A DNA stretch of 64,000 nt, taken from NCBI GenBank assembly GCA_963785725.1, contig CAWAWS010000039.1, positions 723,850 to 787,849 of the forward strand, in the 5' to 3' direction. The position numbers and the translations under genes are program-made. Shown one piece after another: positions 39,232-49,803 of the stretch; the stretch's first letter is position 1; every line of letters begins with the position of its first letter. Under the pieces are notes generated by a model. It did not search any database. It saw only the letters and a program-made list of their open reading frames with translations, and was not told the origin of the DNA. This DNA is from an uncultured delta proteobacterium (GTDB lineage: Bacteria > Myxococcota_A > Polyangia > Palsa-1104).

Positions 39232-39948
39232 ATGGAAACCAAGAAGGTGGCGATCAAGAACGTGGTGCTGGTGCATGGTGGCTTCGTCGACGGCTCGGGT
39301 TGGCTGGGCGTGCACACGGAGCTGCGCCGGCGCGGGTACAAAGTCACCGTCGTGCAGAACCCGACGACCTCGCTCGCCGACGACGTCGCGGCGACCCAGC
39401 GCGCGCTGGCGGCGCAGGATGGTCCGGCGATGCTCGTCGGCCACTCGTACGGCGGCGTGGTCATCACGCAGGCCGGCCACGATCCCAAGGTGGCGGCGCT
39501 CGTCTACGTCGCCGCGTTCGCGCCGGACACGGGCGAGTCGGTGGCGTCGCTCATCAAAGATCCGCCGGCGGGCGCGCCGGTGCCGCCGATTCTCCCGCCG
39601 CAAGCTGGCCTGCTCTATCTCGACCGGGACAAGTTCGCCGCGTCGTTCGCGGCCGACGTCGCGCCGGACGTGGCCGCGTTCATGGCGGACTCGCAGGTGC
39701 CGTGGGGCGTCGATGCGCTGGCCGGCGCGGTGACCGGGACGCCGGCGTGGAAGGAGCAGCCGAGCTTGTACATCGTGGCCACCGACGACCGCATGATCCC
39801 GCCGCCGGCGCAGCGTGCGATGGCGACTCGCGCCGGCGCGACCGTCGTCGAGGTCAAGGGCAGCCACTCGGTGTACGTCTCGCAGCCGCTGGTGGTCGCC
39901 GGCGCGATCGCGCAAGCCGCGCAGGCGGCGCAGGCGGCGCGGCGCTGA
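39232..39948 (+). CDS. alpha/beta hydrolase
   Basis: VVLVHGGFVDGSGW, GHSYGG nucleophile motif, DRMIP, GSHS. Confidence 0.95.
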   Translation: METKKVAIKNVVLVHGGFVDGSGWLGVHTELRRRGYKVTVVQNPTTSLADDVAATQRALAAQDGPAMLVGHSYGGVVITQAGHDPKVAALVYVAAFAPDTGESVASLIKDPPAGAPVPPILPPQAGLLYLDRDKFAASFAADVAPDVAAFMADSQVPWGVDALAGAVTGTPAWKEQPSLYIVATDDRMIPPPAQRAMATRAGATVVEVKGSHSVYVSQPLVVAGAIAQAAQAAQAARR

Positions 39949-39957
39949 ACGCGATGA

Positions 39958-39998
39958 CGCGCGGACCGGTGGCGCGTGCGCGGCCACCGGTCCGCGCG
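39958..39998 (+). terminator. 16-bp perfect stem-loop after the hydrolase stop
   Basis: cgcgcggaccggtggc / gccaccggtccgcgcg, 9-nt loop, no poly-U tail. Confidence 0.6.
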
Positions 39999-40340
39999 CT
40001 GCGGATGCGTCATCACGAGCGCCGCCTTAGCTGGTGCGCTGTCTCGCATAGGTGACACTGTCTCTTGCGCGGGTCGATCGCGGCCGTAAAGCCAGCGCCG
40101 TCGGCGCTCCGCAGCGACGAGAAACGCGCTAGCGCCTTCTCGCGCCGACAACAGCGTGTTGTCATGACTGGGACAGTCGATAAGAACGAGATCTATATTC
40201 GTTTTCTCCCGCGCGCGCGCGTTTTGCTGCGGACTGGACTCCCACGTCGACCGGCCGCAGGTGCGCGATTTCACGCAGTCGCCGACGTGGCCCTCCGCTT
40301 GCGAAGGGGCGACGCAATGGACCCTCGCCAGGAGGAACTA

Positions 40341-41588
40341 ATGATTGTGACCCGTCGATTAGCTTTACGACTCTGTGCTCTATTCGTGTGTCCGTCGATT
40401 CTCATGACGGGTTGTGGAAGCGCCGCCGAGGGCACGGTGCAAGAAGCGTCGGTTGCTCTTTACGGCTACAGCACTGAAGGAGACGTGACCGCGGAGACCT
40501 CCGGCGACTTCTCGCGTCTCGCTTACAACGGCAATTATGCGGTCGAGAACAACGACTGGGGCGTCGGGCAAAACGGCCAGGGCGGCTCGACCAGCTTCAT
40601 CGAGACGAACAATACGATCGGCTGGGCCTGGAACGTTTATAACGGCACCAACGTCGTCATCTATCCCGAGGTCGGCTACGGCTGGAGCCCCAACGGCAAT
40701 TCGTCGTGGGGCGGCAATCCGACGATTCCACAGCTGAGCGCTAACCAGACGATTACCTCGAACTTCAATATCCGCGGGCAATACTCGCAGGGCGGCACGT
40801 GGGATATGGCCTACGACATCTGGATTACGTCGGCGCAGCATCCCGCGAATACAGTCGGCAGCTTCGAGCTCATGATCTGGCTCGACCACAATCAGAACGG
40901 TCCGTGGAGCACGCAAGGACCGCAAGGCGTCGTCAATATCGACGGCGTCAATTATCAGCGATATACCAACGCCGGCGCCGCGAATTGGACTTGCCTCACC
41001 TATATCAACCAAGGAGCGGGCATTTATAACGGGACGAGCTTCAATATCTCCGACGTCATCAAGGACGCGGCGGCCAAGTTCGGCATCCCGAATAGCTACT
41101 ACGTCTCGTCTATCGAGTTCGGCAATGAGGCCGTCAACGGCTCGGGCATGCTTGAGATCTCGAACTGGGCCATCAACATTGGGAATGCGCCGCCGCCCCC
41201 GCCGCCGCCGCCGGCGAACGCGGCCAACTTCCAGCTCAACGCGTGGCAGTACAACCAGGAGCAGGGTTTGACGGTGTGGAACGGCGGCATCGGCAACTTC
41301 AATGCCGGCAATTGGCTCGAATTCAACGCGGTCAATTTCTCGACCGGCTACGACAACTATGCCATTTGGTACGCGACGACGGAGCCGGGCACGTTCGACC
41401 TCCGCATCGACAGCCCGACCGGCGCGAAGCTGTGCACGGTGGCGACCAGCCCGACGGGCGGCTGGGCCGATTACGTCTGGGGCGGCTGCGCGCTGGATCC
41501 GTCGCTGGCGAATGGCGTTCACAATCTGTATCTCGTCGCCACCAGCGGCGCATCGAATCTCGGAACCATGTGGATCAAGAATCAGTAA
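40341..41588 (+). CDS. GH12 endoglucanase lipoprotein with poly-Pro linker and C-terminal CBM6-like module
   Basis: GGAGG RBS, lipobox LMTGC, YPEVGYG, DMAYDIW, ELMIWL, SSIEFGNE; CBM-like GNWLEF...RIDSPTG...TGGW...GVHNLYL. Confidence 0.9.
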   Translation: MIVTRRLALRLCALFVCPSILMTGCGSAAEGTVQEASVALYGYSTEGDVTAETSGDFSRLAYNGNYAVENNDWGVGQNGQGGSTSFIETNNTIGWAWNVYNGTNVVIYPEVGYGWSPNGNSSWGGNPTIPQLSANQTITSNFNIRGQYSQGGTWDMAYDIWITSAQHPANTVGSFELMIWLDHNQNGPWSTQGPQGVVNIDGVNYQRYTNAGAANWTCLTYINQGAGIYNGTSFNISDVIKDAAAKFGIPNSYYVSSIEFGNEAVNGSGMLEISNWAINIGNAPPPPPPPPANAANFQLNAWQYNQEQGLTVWNGGIGNFNAGNWLEFNAVNFSTGYDNYAIWYATTEPGTFDLRIDSPTGAKLCTVATSPTGGWADYVWGGCALDPSLANGVHNLYLVATSGASNLGTMWIKNQ

Positions 41589-41822
41589 CGCCGTAAGAGT
41601 AAGGGGTGGTGCCGCACTGCAATCGTCAGTCGAGCTGCAATACCAACAGTCGGAACGGAGCCGTCCGCGAGTCGTCGATGCGATGACCGGTCTTGCGCAG
41701 AGGTCACGCGTGCTCGGTTCGGCGTCTTGCCTATTGGCCTCCACCATTGAATGTCGCAGATGACGCAAGCGCGCCTATTCGAGTGCGTCTTCACCTCGCG
41801 ATTCCGAATCGAGGAGCCTGTG

Positions 41823-42979
41823 ATGTGGAACAATCGATCCATCTTTCGAGTTTCCGCGCCGGCAATCGTGTCAGCCCTGGTCGCCATGGGTTGTAGCGGC
41901 GGCGCCGACGTTGCGGTGCGGGCGGCGTCGATCAAGCCGGCGACGGTCAATTTTTATGGCTACGACACCGAAGGCGACGTCACCGCGCAGACCTCGGGGA
42001 ATTTTGCGCGTCTCGCATACAAGGGCGACTACGCAGTCGAGAACAACGACTGGGGCGTCGGACAGAACGGCCAGGGCGGCTCGACCAGCTTCTTGGAAAC
42101 GAACAACACCATTGGCTGGGCCTGGAATGTCTATAACGGCACCAACGTCGTCATCTATCCCGAAATCGGCTATGGCTGGAGCCCAACGGCAATGCTTCGT
42201 GGGGCGGCAATCCAATCATCCCGCAGCTGAGCGAGCACAAGACGATTACGTCGAGCTTCAACATTCGCGGCCAATACTCGCAGGGTGGCACGTGGGACAT
42301 GGCCTACGATATCTGGATCACGTCGGCGCAGTATCCCACCAACACCATCGGCAGCTTCGAGCTGATGATCTGGCTCGATCACAACCAGAACGCGGCGTGG
42401 AGCACGAAGGGACCGCAAGGGCTCGTCACGATCGGCGGCGTGAGCTATCAGCGCTACACCAATGCCGGAGCCGCCAATTGGACCTGCCTCTCGTACGTCA
42501 ATCAAGGCGCGGGCGTCTATGATGGAAGCAACTTCAACGTCTCCGATGTCATCGCCGATGCCGCGGCGACGTTCGGCATTCCAGCTGATTACTACGTCTC
42601 GTCGATCGAGTTCGGCAACGAGGCGGTCAACGGCTCGGGCATGCTCGAGATCGCAAACTGGGCCATCGACATCACCGATGGGCCGGCCGGCGGCAGCGAC
42701 GCCGGCGGTGTGGGCGGCAGCGTCGACCTGGGCGGCGTCGCCGATGACGCCGGCTCCGGTGACGCCGGCATGCGCGAAGCTGATATGAGCGGCTATCGTG
42801 AGGGCGGCGCGGGCGGCACCGGCAACTTGGGCGGGACGGCCGATGCCGGCAGCGGCGGCAATCACGCCCACGGTGGCTGCAGTGTGTCCGGCGCGTCGGA
42901 GCCCGGCAGTGCCGTGCTTTGGCTGCTCATCGTCGCGCTGGCCGTGCCGTATCGTCGTTCCCGTCGCTCGCGCCAATAG
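41823..42979 (+). pseudogene. second GH12 paralog with lipobox and MYXO-CTERM-like tail; -1 frameshift at 42182-42184
   Basis: Catalytic domain is highly similar to that of 40341-41588. AGCCCCAAC in copy 1 is AGCCCAAC here. C-terminus GGCSVSG...LWLLIVALAVPYRRSRRSRQ. Confidence 0.85.
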
Positions 42980-43000
42980 CTGCGCCCGCACGATTGCGAG

Positions 43001-43459
43001 TCACTCGCGTGAGTGGGTCTGCTGGTTCGGCTTGATGCCCAACAGTGGCAGGCCGGTCACCGGCTGCCCGTCGCGCGAGATCGCGTGGCTGAAGTCGAGC
43101 TGCACGACGTCGTCGTCGAGCACACCATCGAGGTTGAAGCGCAGGTTCACGGTGTGATCGCCGCCGCCGGGGATTCGGTAGGTCGACTGCAGCCCGCCCG
43201 GCACGCGGGTCCGCCGCTCGCCGAGCGGCGTCACCATCACGACCGCGTCGCGATCGACCACCAAGGGCTCGCGGCCGACGTTGACGACCTCGCACGTGAT
43301 GATGTCGCTGAAGATGCTGACGAGGCCGACGCGAACGTCGGCGCCTTCGACCTGGCGCGTCGCGCTCACGTTCGCCACCGGCACCATCGCGGTCGTCTGC
43401 GTGGTCGCGCATCCGCTCGTGAGCGCCATCACGAAGCACAACAAGGTCTTCATCGGCAT
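43001..43459 (-). CDS. hypothetical lipoprotein
   Basis: Lipobox LTSGC and an Ig-like beta-rich domain. Confidence 0.7.
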   Translation of the reverse strand: MPMKTLLCFVMALTSGCATTQTTAMVPVANVSATRQVEGADVRVGLVSIFSDIITCEVVNVGREPLVVDRDAVVMVTPLGERRTRVPGGLQSTYRIPGGGDHTVNLRFNLDGVLDDDVVQLDFSHAISRDGQPVTGLPLLGIKPNQQTHSRE

Positions 43460-43542
43460 GGCCTGCTGACGTCGAGCATGGCCAAATATTCACACACGAA
43501 TAGCGCTTGGTAAAACGATCCGAGCAGCTCGCTGTGCGGCGT

Positions 43543-44133
43543 TCAAAACGTGCCCGCCAGCCCGGTGGGCGACAGCGAGACGGAGGTGGCGGGCGCCTCA
43601 CGGACGCCCCGGGTCACACCGGCCGCGTAGGACCACAAGACCGAGCCGACCGACGAGACGGTGACGCCGACTGCGCTCAGCGCCACGCCGACGTCGAACG
43701 CGGGCTTGCTGGCGTCGGCGCTGAGGTTGAAGACGCACAGAAGTAGGCCGGACACCAGCGTGGCGACTCCGACAAATGTGGCCGTCGCGGGAGCCTTCTC
43801 GCGGTTCAGCGCCCGCGCTTCGGCGCTGTCGAGCAGCCCGACCTTCCAATTCGCGCGCAGCCCGCGCTGGTAGCCGATGCCGTACACCAGCTCGGACAGC
43901 GTGGAGGTCAGCGTCGTGAGCCCAGCCGTCGAGATGAGGCCGATACCTGCGAAGCGCCCGCTATTGCCGAGGTCGGCCGCGGCCAGCCCGGCGCCAAGCA
44001 TCGCAGCGACAACGCTCACGCCGACGACATGGCGGGCGCGCAGCTCCGGCCGGCGCAGCGGTGGCAACGACTCGGTCGCCGAGGACGAGCGCATGAGAGC
44101 CAATGTGAGCAGGAGCACGGTCGCTAGACGCAT
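43543..44133 (-). CDS. hypothetical membrane protein
   Basis: Signal peptide and hydrophobic segments. sigma54-like aGGcacggcaattGCt at 44147-44162 on the minus strand. Confidence 0.6.
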   Translation of the reverse strand: MRLATVLLLTLALMRSSSATESLPPLRRPELRARHVVGVSVVAAMLGAGLAAADLGNSGRFAGIGLISTAGLTTLTSTLSELVYGIGYQRGLRANWKVGLLDSAEARALNREKAPATATFVGVATLVSGLLLCVFNLSADASKPAFDVGVALSAVGVTVSSVGSVLWSYAAGVTRGVREAPATSVSLSPTGLAGTF

Positions 44134-44420
44134 GAGGCGGTGCGACAGCAATTGCCGTGCCTCGCGCATTCGCCACGAGCGGCGCGGCGTTCACGAACGC
44201 GCGGTCCGGCCGGTCCGACATTCCTGTCCGGCCCGAGCGCGCGCCGTGGCGAGCGCGACACACCGCGCGAGGCGACCGGTCATCCGCGAAGTCGGGCCGG
44301 CGGTGGCCGCGTTCACTCGACCCGTCGGTGATGCGAACGATGCCGGCCTACTGCCAACGCCTGCTCACGACGGTTGTCGCCCGCGCGCTCTCGCAGGATC
44401 CATTCGTGTTATGAGGGATC

Positions 44421-45506
44421 GTGGACGACCGAGACGACAAGTTGCTGACGCTGGCTGACTATCGGCGGGCGGCGCGTGGCGCGCTGTCGGCGACGGCGTG
44501 GCGCTACTTTCGCAGCGGCGCCGACGCCGAAGAGACGCTGCGCGAGAATGTGCGCGCGTACTCGCGCTGGCAGATCTGGCCGCGCGTGCTCGTCGACGTC
44601 GCCGAGCGCGATCTGTCGACGACACTCTTGGGCGCGGCATCGTCGATGCCGGTGATGATCGCGCCGACCGCGTATCACAAGCTGGCGCATCCCGACGGCG
44701 AGCTGGCGACGGCACGTGCGGCGGCGGCGGCCGGGGTCGTCATGTGCGCGGCGACGTTGGCGACGACGTCGCTCGAGGAGATCGCCGCGTCGACGGCGGC
44801 GCCCAAGTGGTTTCAGCTGTACGTGCATCGCGACGAGGGGCTGACGGCGGCGATAGTCGAACGAGCGGCGGCGGTAGGCTATCGCGCGCTCGTGATCACG
44901 GCCGACACCGCGGTGCTCGGCCGGCGGCTCGGCGACGAACGGTACGGCTTTTCGCTGCCGCCGTCGCTGTCGATGCCGAACCTCGAGGCGCACCTGCCGG
45001 CGACGGAAGATCGCAGCTCGGCGCTGGCGCGCTACTTTGCCGAGCGTCACTCGGCCGCGTTCGACTGGCGCGCGCTCGAGCGATTGACCGCGCAGGCGAA
45101 GATGCCGGTGGTCGTCAAGGGCGTCTTGCGCGGCGACGACGCGGCGCGCGCGGTCGATCACGGCTGCGCGGGGGTGATCGTGTCGAACCACGGCGGGCGG
45201 CAGCTCGACGGTGTGCCGGCGACGCTCGACGCGCTGCCCGAGGTCGTCAGCGCCGTCGCCGGGCGCGCCGAGGTGCTCGTCGACGGCGGCGTGCGCTGGG
45301 GCACGGACGTGCTCAAGGCGCTCGCGCTCGGGGCGCGCGCGGTGCTGCTTGGGCGGCCGATCTTGTGGGGGCTCGCGGTCGACGGCGAGGCGGGCGTGCG
45401 CGCGGTCCTCGAGCTCGTGCGCGCCGAGCTGTCGCGTGCGATGGCGCTGGCGGGCTGTCGAAGTCTGCGCGAAATCGGCGGCGACCTCGTGCGCCGTCGG
45501 CAATAG
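44421..45506 (+). CDS. FMN-dependent alpha-hydroxy acid oxidase/dehydrogenase
   Basis: PRVLVDV, APTA, WFQLY, VVKGV, IVSNHGGRQLDG, DGGVRWGTDVLKALALGA. Confidence 0.95.
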   Translation: MDDRDDKLLTLADYRRAARGALSATAWRYFRSGADAEETLRENVRAYSRWQIWPRVLVDVAERDLSTTLLGAASSMPVMIAPTAYHKLAHPDGELATARAAAAAGVVMCAATLATTSLEEIAASTAAPKWFQLYVHRDEGLTAAIVERAAAVGYRALVITADTAVLGRRLGDERYGFSLPPSLSMPNLEAHLPATEDRSSALARYFAERHSAAFDWRALERLTAQAKMPVVVKGVLRGDDAARAVDHGCAGVIVSNHGGRQLDGVPATLDALPEVVSAVAGRAEVLVDGGVRWGTDVLKALALGARAVLLGRPILWGLAVDGEAGVRAVLELVRAELSRAMALAGCRSLREIGGDLVRRRQ

Positions 45507-45822
45507 GCCGCCCTGGACGCGAAGTGAGCAAGCGCGACGTGGGCGCTAGCCGGATTACGCCACGCGTTAAAGGCAATAGCGACCAGCGACGAGTCACATC
45601 CCGTCGCGGCCCCGGTTCGCGTTAGCTTGCGAAGTCGCGCCAACTGCTCGCCTCGACCGTCGTCAGCGCGCCCGGTTCGTCTTGCCGCCGTCTACCCAGA
45701 TCCTGACGGGGCGCGCCGGCGATTCGGCGTCGGCCGCGCCGATCAGTTTCGGTTGACCAGCCACGGTGTTTCGCCTCCAGCGCTGACCGTTACACCGTCC
45801 TCCATATCTGGAGGCACAGTGG

Positions 45823-46699
45823 CGAATGCCCGTAATTAGAAAGCCCGAGAGGGCGAAGAAGAGGTCCTCATCGAGAGCCGGAAGGCTTCGAATTATTCGG
45901 CGCGTTCTACATGTGACGCGTCCTGCGAATCTTTCCTCTCTACTATTCATTTCTTCTGTTTTGGTTCGTGGCGGTCCGATTCTTCGTCGCCGCACGAGGC
46001 TGGAACGTCGAGGCGATTGGCGTCGATCGACAGGCCTGGTATTGGCTTTATGTCGCCAACTGGATCCCGCTCTTCGGCGACGGACCAGGCGCGCTCGGTC
46101 ACCTATGGTCGCTTGCGGTAGAAGAGCAATTCTACCTCGTCTGGCCACTCGTAGTTTGGCTCGTGCCGGGGCGGCGGCTCGGTAAGCTTTGCATTGCGAT
46201 CATCGTCATTGCGCCATTGCTTCGCGGAGTGATGGTCGCGTTTCATCTGCCGCCTCTGGCGATCTACGAGCTCACGCCTACGCGCGCCGATTCTCTGGCG
46301 TTCGGCGCGCTCGTCGCGGTCGCTTTGCGCGACGAGCGATGGCTCGAAATCGCCGCACGCGTCTGGCGAGTCGTACTCGTGCTCGCGCTCGCGGGTATGG
46401 CAGTGATTGTGGCGTACTCGAGAGGACTCCCTAACGATTCCCCGTTGACGCAGATATTGGGCTTTTCGTTGCTGGCGTGTGCCGCGTCGGCGGCAGTCGC
46501 AGGAACCGTGATTAGAAGCGCTGCAGTCTCGTCAGTGGGAATACTCGAGAGCAAGACTCTGCGAATATTCGGCAAGTACAGCTATGCGCTTTATGTGCTG
46601 CACCATCCGATCTACAGCAGTCTTTTGGGACGTCTAACGGTTTTCCGAGGTGGGGCACTCCTGCAATCTCGATCGTATGGAGAGGCGGAGGAAGACTGA
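45823..46699 (+). pseudogene. acyltransferase-3 (OafA-like) pseudogene: inverted 5' fragment, nonsense codon, truncated end
   Basis: Minus strand 45823-45890 reads LPALD-EDLFFALSGFLITGI. Plus strand reads FYM*RVLRIFPLYY (TGA 45914-45916), then HLWSLAVEEQFYLVWP and FGKYSYALYVLH. Confidence 0.85.
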
Positions 46700-46701
46700 C
46701 G

Positions 46702-46908
46702 GTGAGCGAGTGGAACCGCGGTAGGCAGGGCGGCCCAGGCGGACAGCGTGCTCTGCAAGTAGATGACGATGCGGCCCTGGAGTCGGCGCATCCGTTGCGG
46801 GCGCTGCATGCGGAGCCGCGCGTCGCTCGCATGCTCTATCGCCGCCGCGTGCAGCGCAAGGCGAACAACGCGGCGGGCAAAGGCGCAGCCAGGATCGCGC
46901 ACGGTTGA
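46702..46908 (+). pseudogene. short ORF resembling an effector N-terminus only
   Basis: GGAGG RBS; HPLRALHAEPRVARMLYRRRVQRKA resembles the N-terminal helices of the toxin genes. Confidence 0.35.
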
Positions 46909-47017
46909 GGGCGCGCTCGAAGGACAGGCACGCAGCCAAGGGATCACGGCCGCCGACCCGGCGCAAGATGTGTAGGATCGTGAGAGCGCTGGCTGCGCGC
47001 GGCGCGCAAGTGGCGCG

Positions 47018-47803
47018 TCAGCGACGCGCGGGCGGAGACGCCGAGACGTGACCGATGAAGATCGTGCCGTCCCAGATGTGGCCGGCAATGGGCGTCATGT
47101 CGACGTGCCACGTTTTGGATGCCGGGTGGCCACTGTCGAAGTCGTGCACTTTGCAGCCATCGCCGCAGCTCCAAACCGTGCCGCCGCCCGCGACGACGTC
47201 GAGCGACGTGAATGGGATGCCGTGCTGGCGCAAGATGCCGCCGGCAGCGGCGACGGTATCGACGCGCGTGTGGTTATTGCCGGCCGATACGATCACGACT
47301 GCGTCAGGATTGCGGCCGCGGATGCGCTCGACGCCGCGGGCGATGGCTGCGTCGTAGTCGCCGCCGGGCGTGTTGTCGGTGACGGCCTGGAAGTCGATGG
47401 GCACCCCGCTGCGTCGGGCAGCGCGGATATGCTCGATGAGCCCCAGGACGGCTTCGCTCGAGCGACCGTCTTTGAATTCGGCGTTCCAGAAGGTGCCAGC
47501 GAGTAGCTGGTTGCGATCGTTGGCTCTGCCGCTCGAGGCGAGGTAGGTGTCGATGCGGGGTTGCTCAGCGGACGGGATCTCCATGCCGACGATGGTGGGT
47601 GCGCCGGCGCGCGAGAAGTTGCACGCCATCGACCACAAGAGTTGCGGGATCTCGGCGCTGCCGTGCACCTCGCCGACGAGGATGGTGGTGCCCGAGACGA
47701 AGAACGGATCGAGGCCACGTACCGGCGTGAAGCTCTCGGCAGACCGAGCGCTGGCACAGGCAAAGATGGCGGCGGCGAATACGATCAGGCGTTCAGGTTT
47801 CAT
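47018..47803 (-). CDS. secreted EreA/ChaN/TIKI-superfamily-like protein
   Basis: Signal peptide; ILVGEVHG, VGMEIP, FW...DGRSS, AGNNH. Confidence 0.7.
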   Translation of the reverse strand: MKPERLIVFAAAIFACASARSAESFTPVRGLDPFFVSGTTILVGEVHGSAEIPQLLWSMACNFSRAGAPTIVGMEIPSAEQPRIDTYLASSGRANDRNQLLAGTFWNAEFKDGRSSEAVLGLIEHIRAARRSGVPIDFQAVTDNTPGGDYDAAIARGVERIRGRNPDAVVIVSAGNNHTRVDTVAAAGGILRQHGIPFTSLDVVAGGGTVWSCGDGCKVHDFDSGHPASKTWHVDMTPIAGHIWDGTIFIGHVSASPPARR

Positions 47804-48200
47804 GGCGAGTACCGATATACCATTCGACGTCGGCGTTACGGCGCTGCTCGGCCAGCCAGCGGTCGAACAGGCACTGTTCGATTACCTCGCGTGTCGCGGC
47901 ATCGAGCGTCGCCGTCGTCGTCTCGAGCACGAAGTGCAGCCGTACCTGATGCCCGCGCACGACCGGCCCGACGAGCTGCGCGCTACCGTCGAGCACGAGG
48001 CCGGTCTCGGTTTCGAAGTCGCCGCGGCGCTGGGTCTCGATCGTGAGCTCTGGTCCGCCCGATGCCAGCGCCGCCGTCAGTAAGCGCTCTGCATCGCTCG
48101 TCGTCGCATGTGCCGCGAGCCAGATTTCGGCGGCGTCGCGATCGCGAAATTCGAGTGTAAGGAAACGCAGCTCGTCGAGATCCCCGAACGTTCCGCGTGA
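47793..48200 (-). pseudogene. C-terminal fragment of a PpiC-like peptidylprolyl isomerase-related protein
   Basis: LVGPV...ATLDAATREVIEQCLFDRWLAEQRRNADVEWY. The 5' part of the ORF looks non-coding. Confidence 0.4.
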
Positions 48201-48463
48201 GGCCGTCAAGGCGCTGGACAGCGGCTGGCATCGACGTGGCACCGCCCTGGCAAGCTGGCAGACACGATGCCACAAGTATCCGTATTGAATTAGTAAGATA
48301 GAGTGTAGGCGCGGGAGTCGAACCTGTTCTAGTGACCTGACAAAAACACGAGGCACGACGCTGGCTTGCGGCGATTTCCTCATGATTTAGCGGCACTCGT
48401 ACCCGGCGCTTTCATTCCGCATCGTCCCGACCCACCCGAGCTTAGGCCGACCGATTCCCATTC

Positions 48464-48572
48464 GCCGTGGCACCCGGTGCCACGGCCCGAAAAGGCTCAT
48501 ATCCTTGCTTGGCGGGGGGCCTTTCCCGGCGCCGCAGGGTAACCCACCCGGCATGGCACCGGGTGTCACGCT
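48464..48572. repeat. pair of related palindromes TGGCACC-N-GGTGYCA, centres 86 bp apart
   Basis: Perfect 23-bp gccgtggcacc-c-ggtgccacggc (48464-48486) and imperfect ggcatggcacc-g-ggtgtcacgct (48550-48572). Confidence 0.7.
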
Positions 48573-49008
48573 ATCACTCGATCGCTGCCTGCCGGCCTTC
48601 GCGCCGCAAGGCGGGTGTCGCTGATGGGGTGGTGTTGAGGGATGATCGAGAAATCCCAGTTCGTGCCTTGAGAACGTAGTCACGCACTTTGAACTCTCCG
48701 TCTTGATGGTCATAGGTCGGCAGCGGCCAAGGCCACTCGGCGGGCGCAGGTTGTTATGCCAAGGCCGGCTCGAGCACGTGGAAATTCGCAGAAACAAGAC
48801 CTAGCCAGCCTGGCTTCGAGCCGGGGCTCGCGCAGGGCGGGGCGGTGCACGCATGAGTCGCGGTGCGGGAATCGGTCAGCCCTGAACGTCGAAGATGTGC
48901 GAACGTCCGCTAGCGCACAGCAATTTCGCGCCGTGCCGGTGTATCAGGTTGACAACGACTGGGAACCACGTGAGTTTGTGGCTTCTCTGGGTGGGGACTT
49001 TCGCACGG

Positions 49009-49803
49009 ATGACTCGAAGCGGATTCTGGGTGGTGTCGGTTCTGCTGGTGGCGGGAGTGGCGAGCGCGGACGGCAACAAGGAGTCCGCCAAGGAGCTGTT
49101 CGAGCGCGCGACCGTGCAGTTTCGCGTCGGACATTTCGACAGCGCAGCCGCAGACTATGCGCGCGCATACGAGCTGCACCACGATCCCGTGTTGCTCTAC
49201 AACGTGGCTCAGTCCTATCGCCTGGCGAACAATCCCGACAAGGCGCTCTTCTTCTACAAGAGCTATCTATCGACGGTTCCCGACGCGGCGAATCGCGAGG
49301 AGGTCGAGGGCCGGATCGCCGAGCTCGAAAAAGCGGCCGCCGAAAGAAAGCCGCCAGAGCCGCAGCCCACCGACCGCCCACCTGCGACGGGACTCGGCAC
49401 GCAGCCTGTTCCCACACCGCCGCAAGCGACGCCTGCAGACACGGCCAACGATCGGCCGAATGCCGGTCGTTCCAAGAAGCTCGCAGGATTGACGGTCGGC
49501 ATCGTCGGAGTGGCCGCACTCGGCGCTGGCATCGCCTTCGGCGTTCTGGCAAAGAACGCCGGCGACAGCGTTACAGCAGCCGCCCGCGAAAAACGTCCGT
49601 TCGACGCCAACCTATACAAGACCGGTCAGAACGATCAGATCGCCGAGGAAGTCTTGATCGGCGTGGGCGCCGCCGCTGTCGTGGCGGGCGTGGTCGTCGG
49701 TGTGCTGGGCGTTCGCGAGTCGCGACGCCATCGCTCTTTAGCCTTGGCGCCCATGCTCGGCCGCACGCTTGCCGGGGCCAGCCTGTCGATGGAGTTGTGG
49801 TGA
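49009..49803 (+). CDS. secreted TPR protein with C-terminal hydrophobic helices
   Basis: Signal peptide; AKELFERA...YARAYEL..DPVLLYNVAQSYR...ALFFYKSYL. Confidence 0.8.
   Translation: MTRSGFWVVSVLLVAGVASADGNKESAKELFERATVQFRVGHFDSAAADYARAYELHHDPVLLYNVAQSYRLANNPDKALFFYKSYLSTVPDAANREEVEGRIAELEKAAAERKPPEPQPTDRPPATGLGTQPVPTPPQATPADTANDRPNAGRSKKLAGLTVGIVGVAALGAGIAFGVLAKNAGDSVTAAAREKRPFDANLYKTGQNDQIAEEVLIGVGAAAVVAGVVVGVLGVRESRRHRSLALAPMLGRTLAGASLSMELW

Noticed and set aside
40000..40340. Long leader before GH12 as a possible riboswitch
   Set aside because: No consensus I could match with confidence; would need an Infernal/Rfam search.
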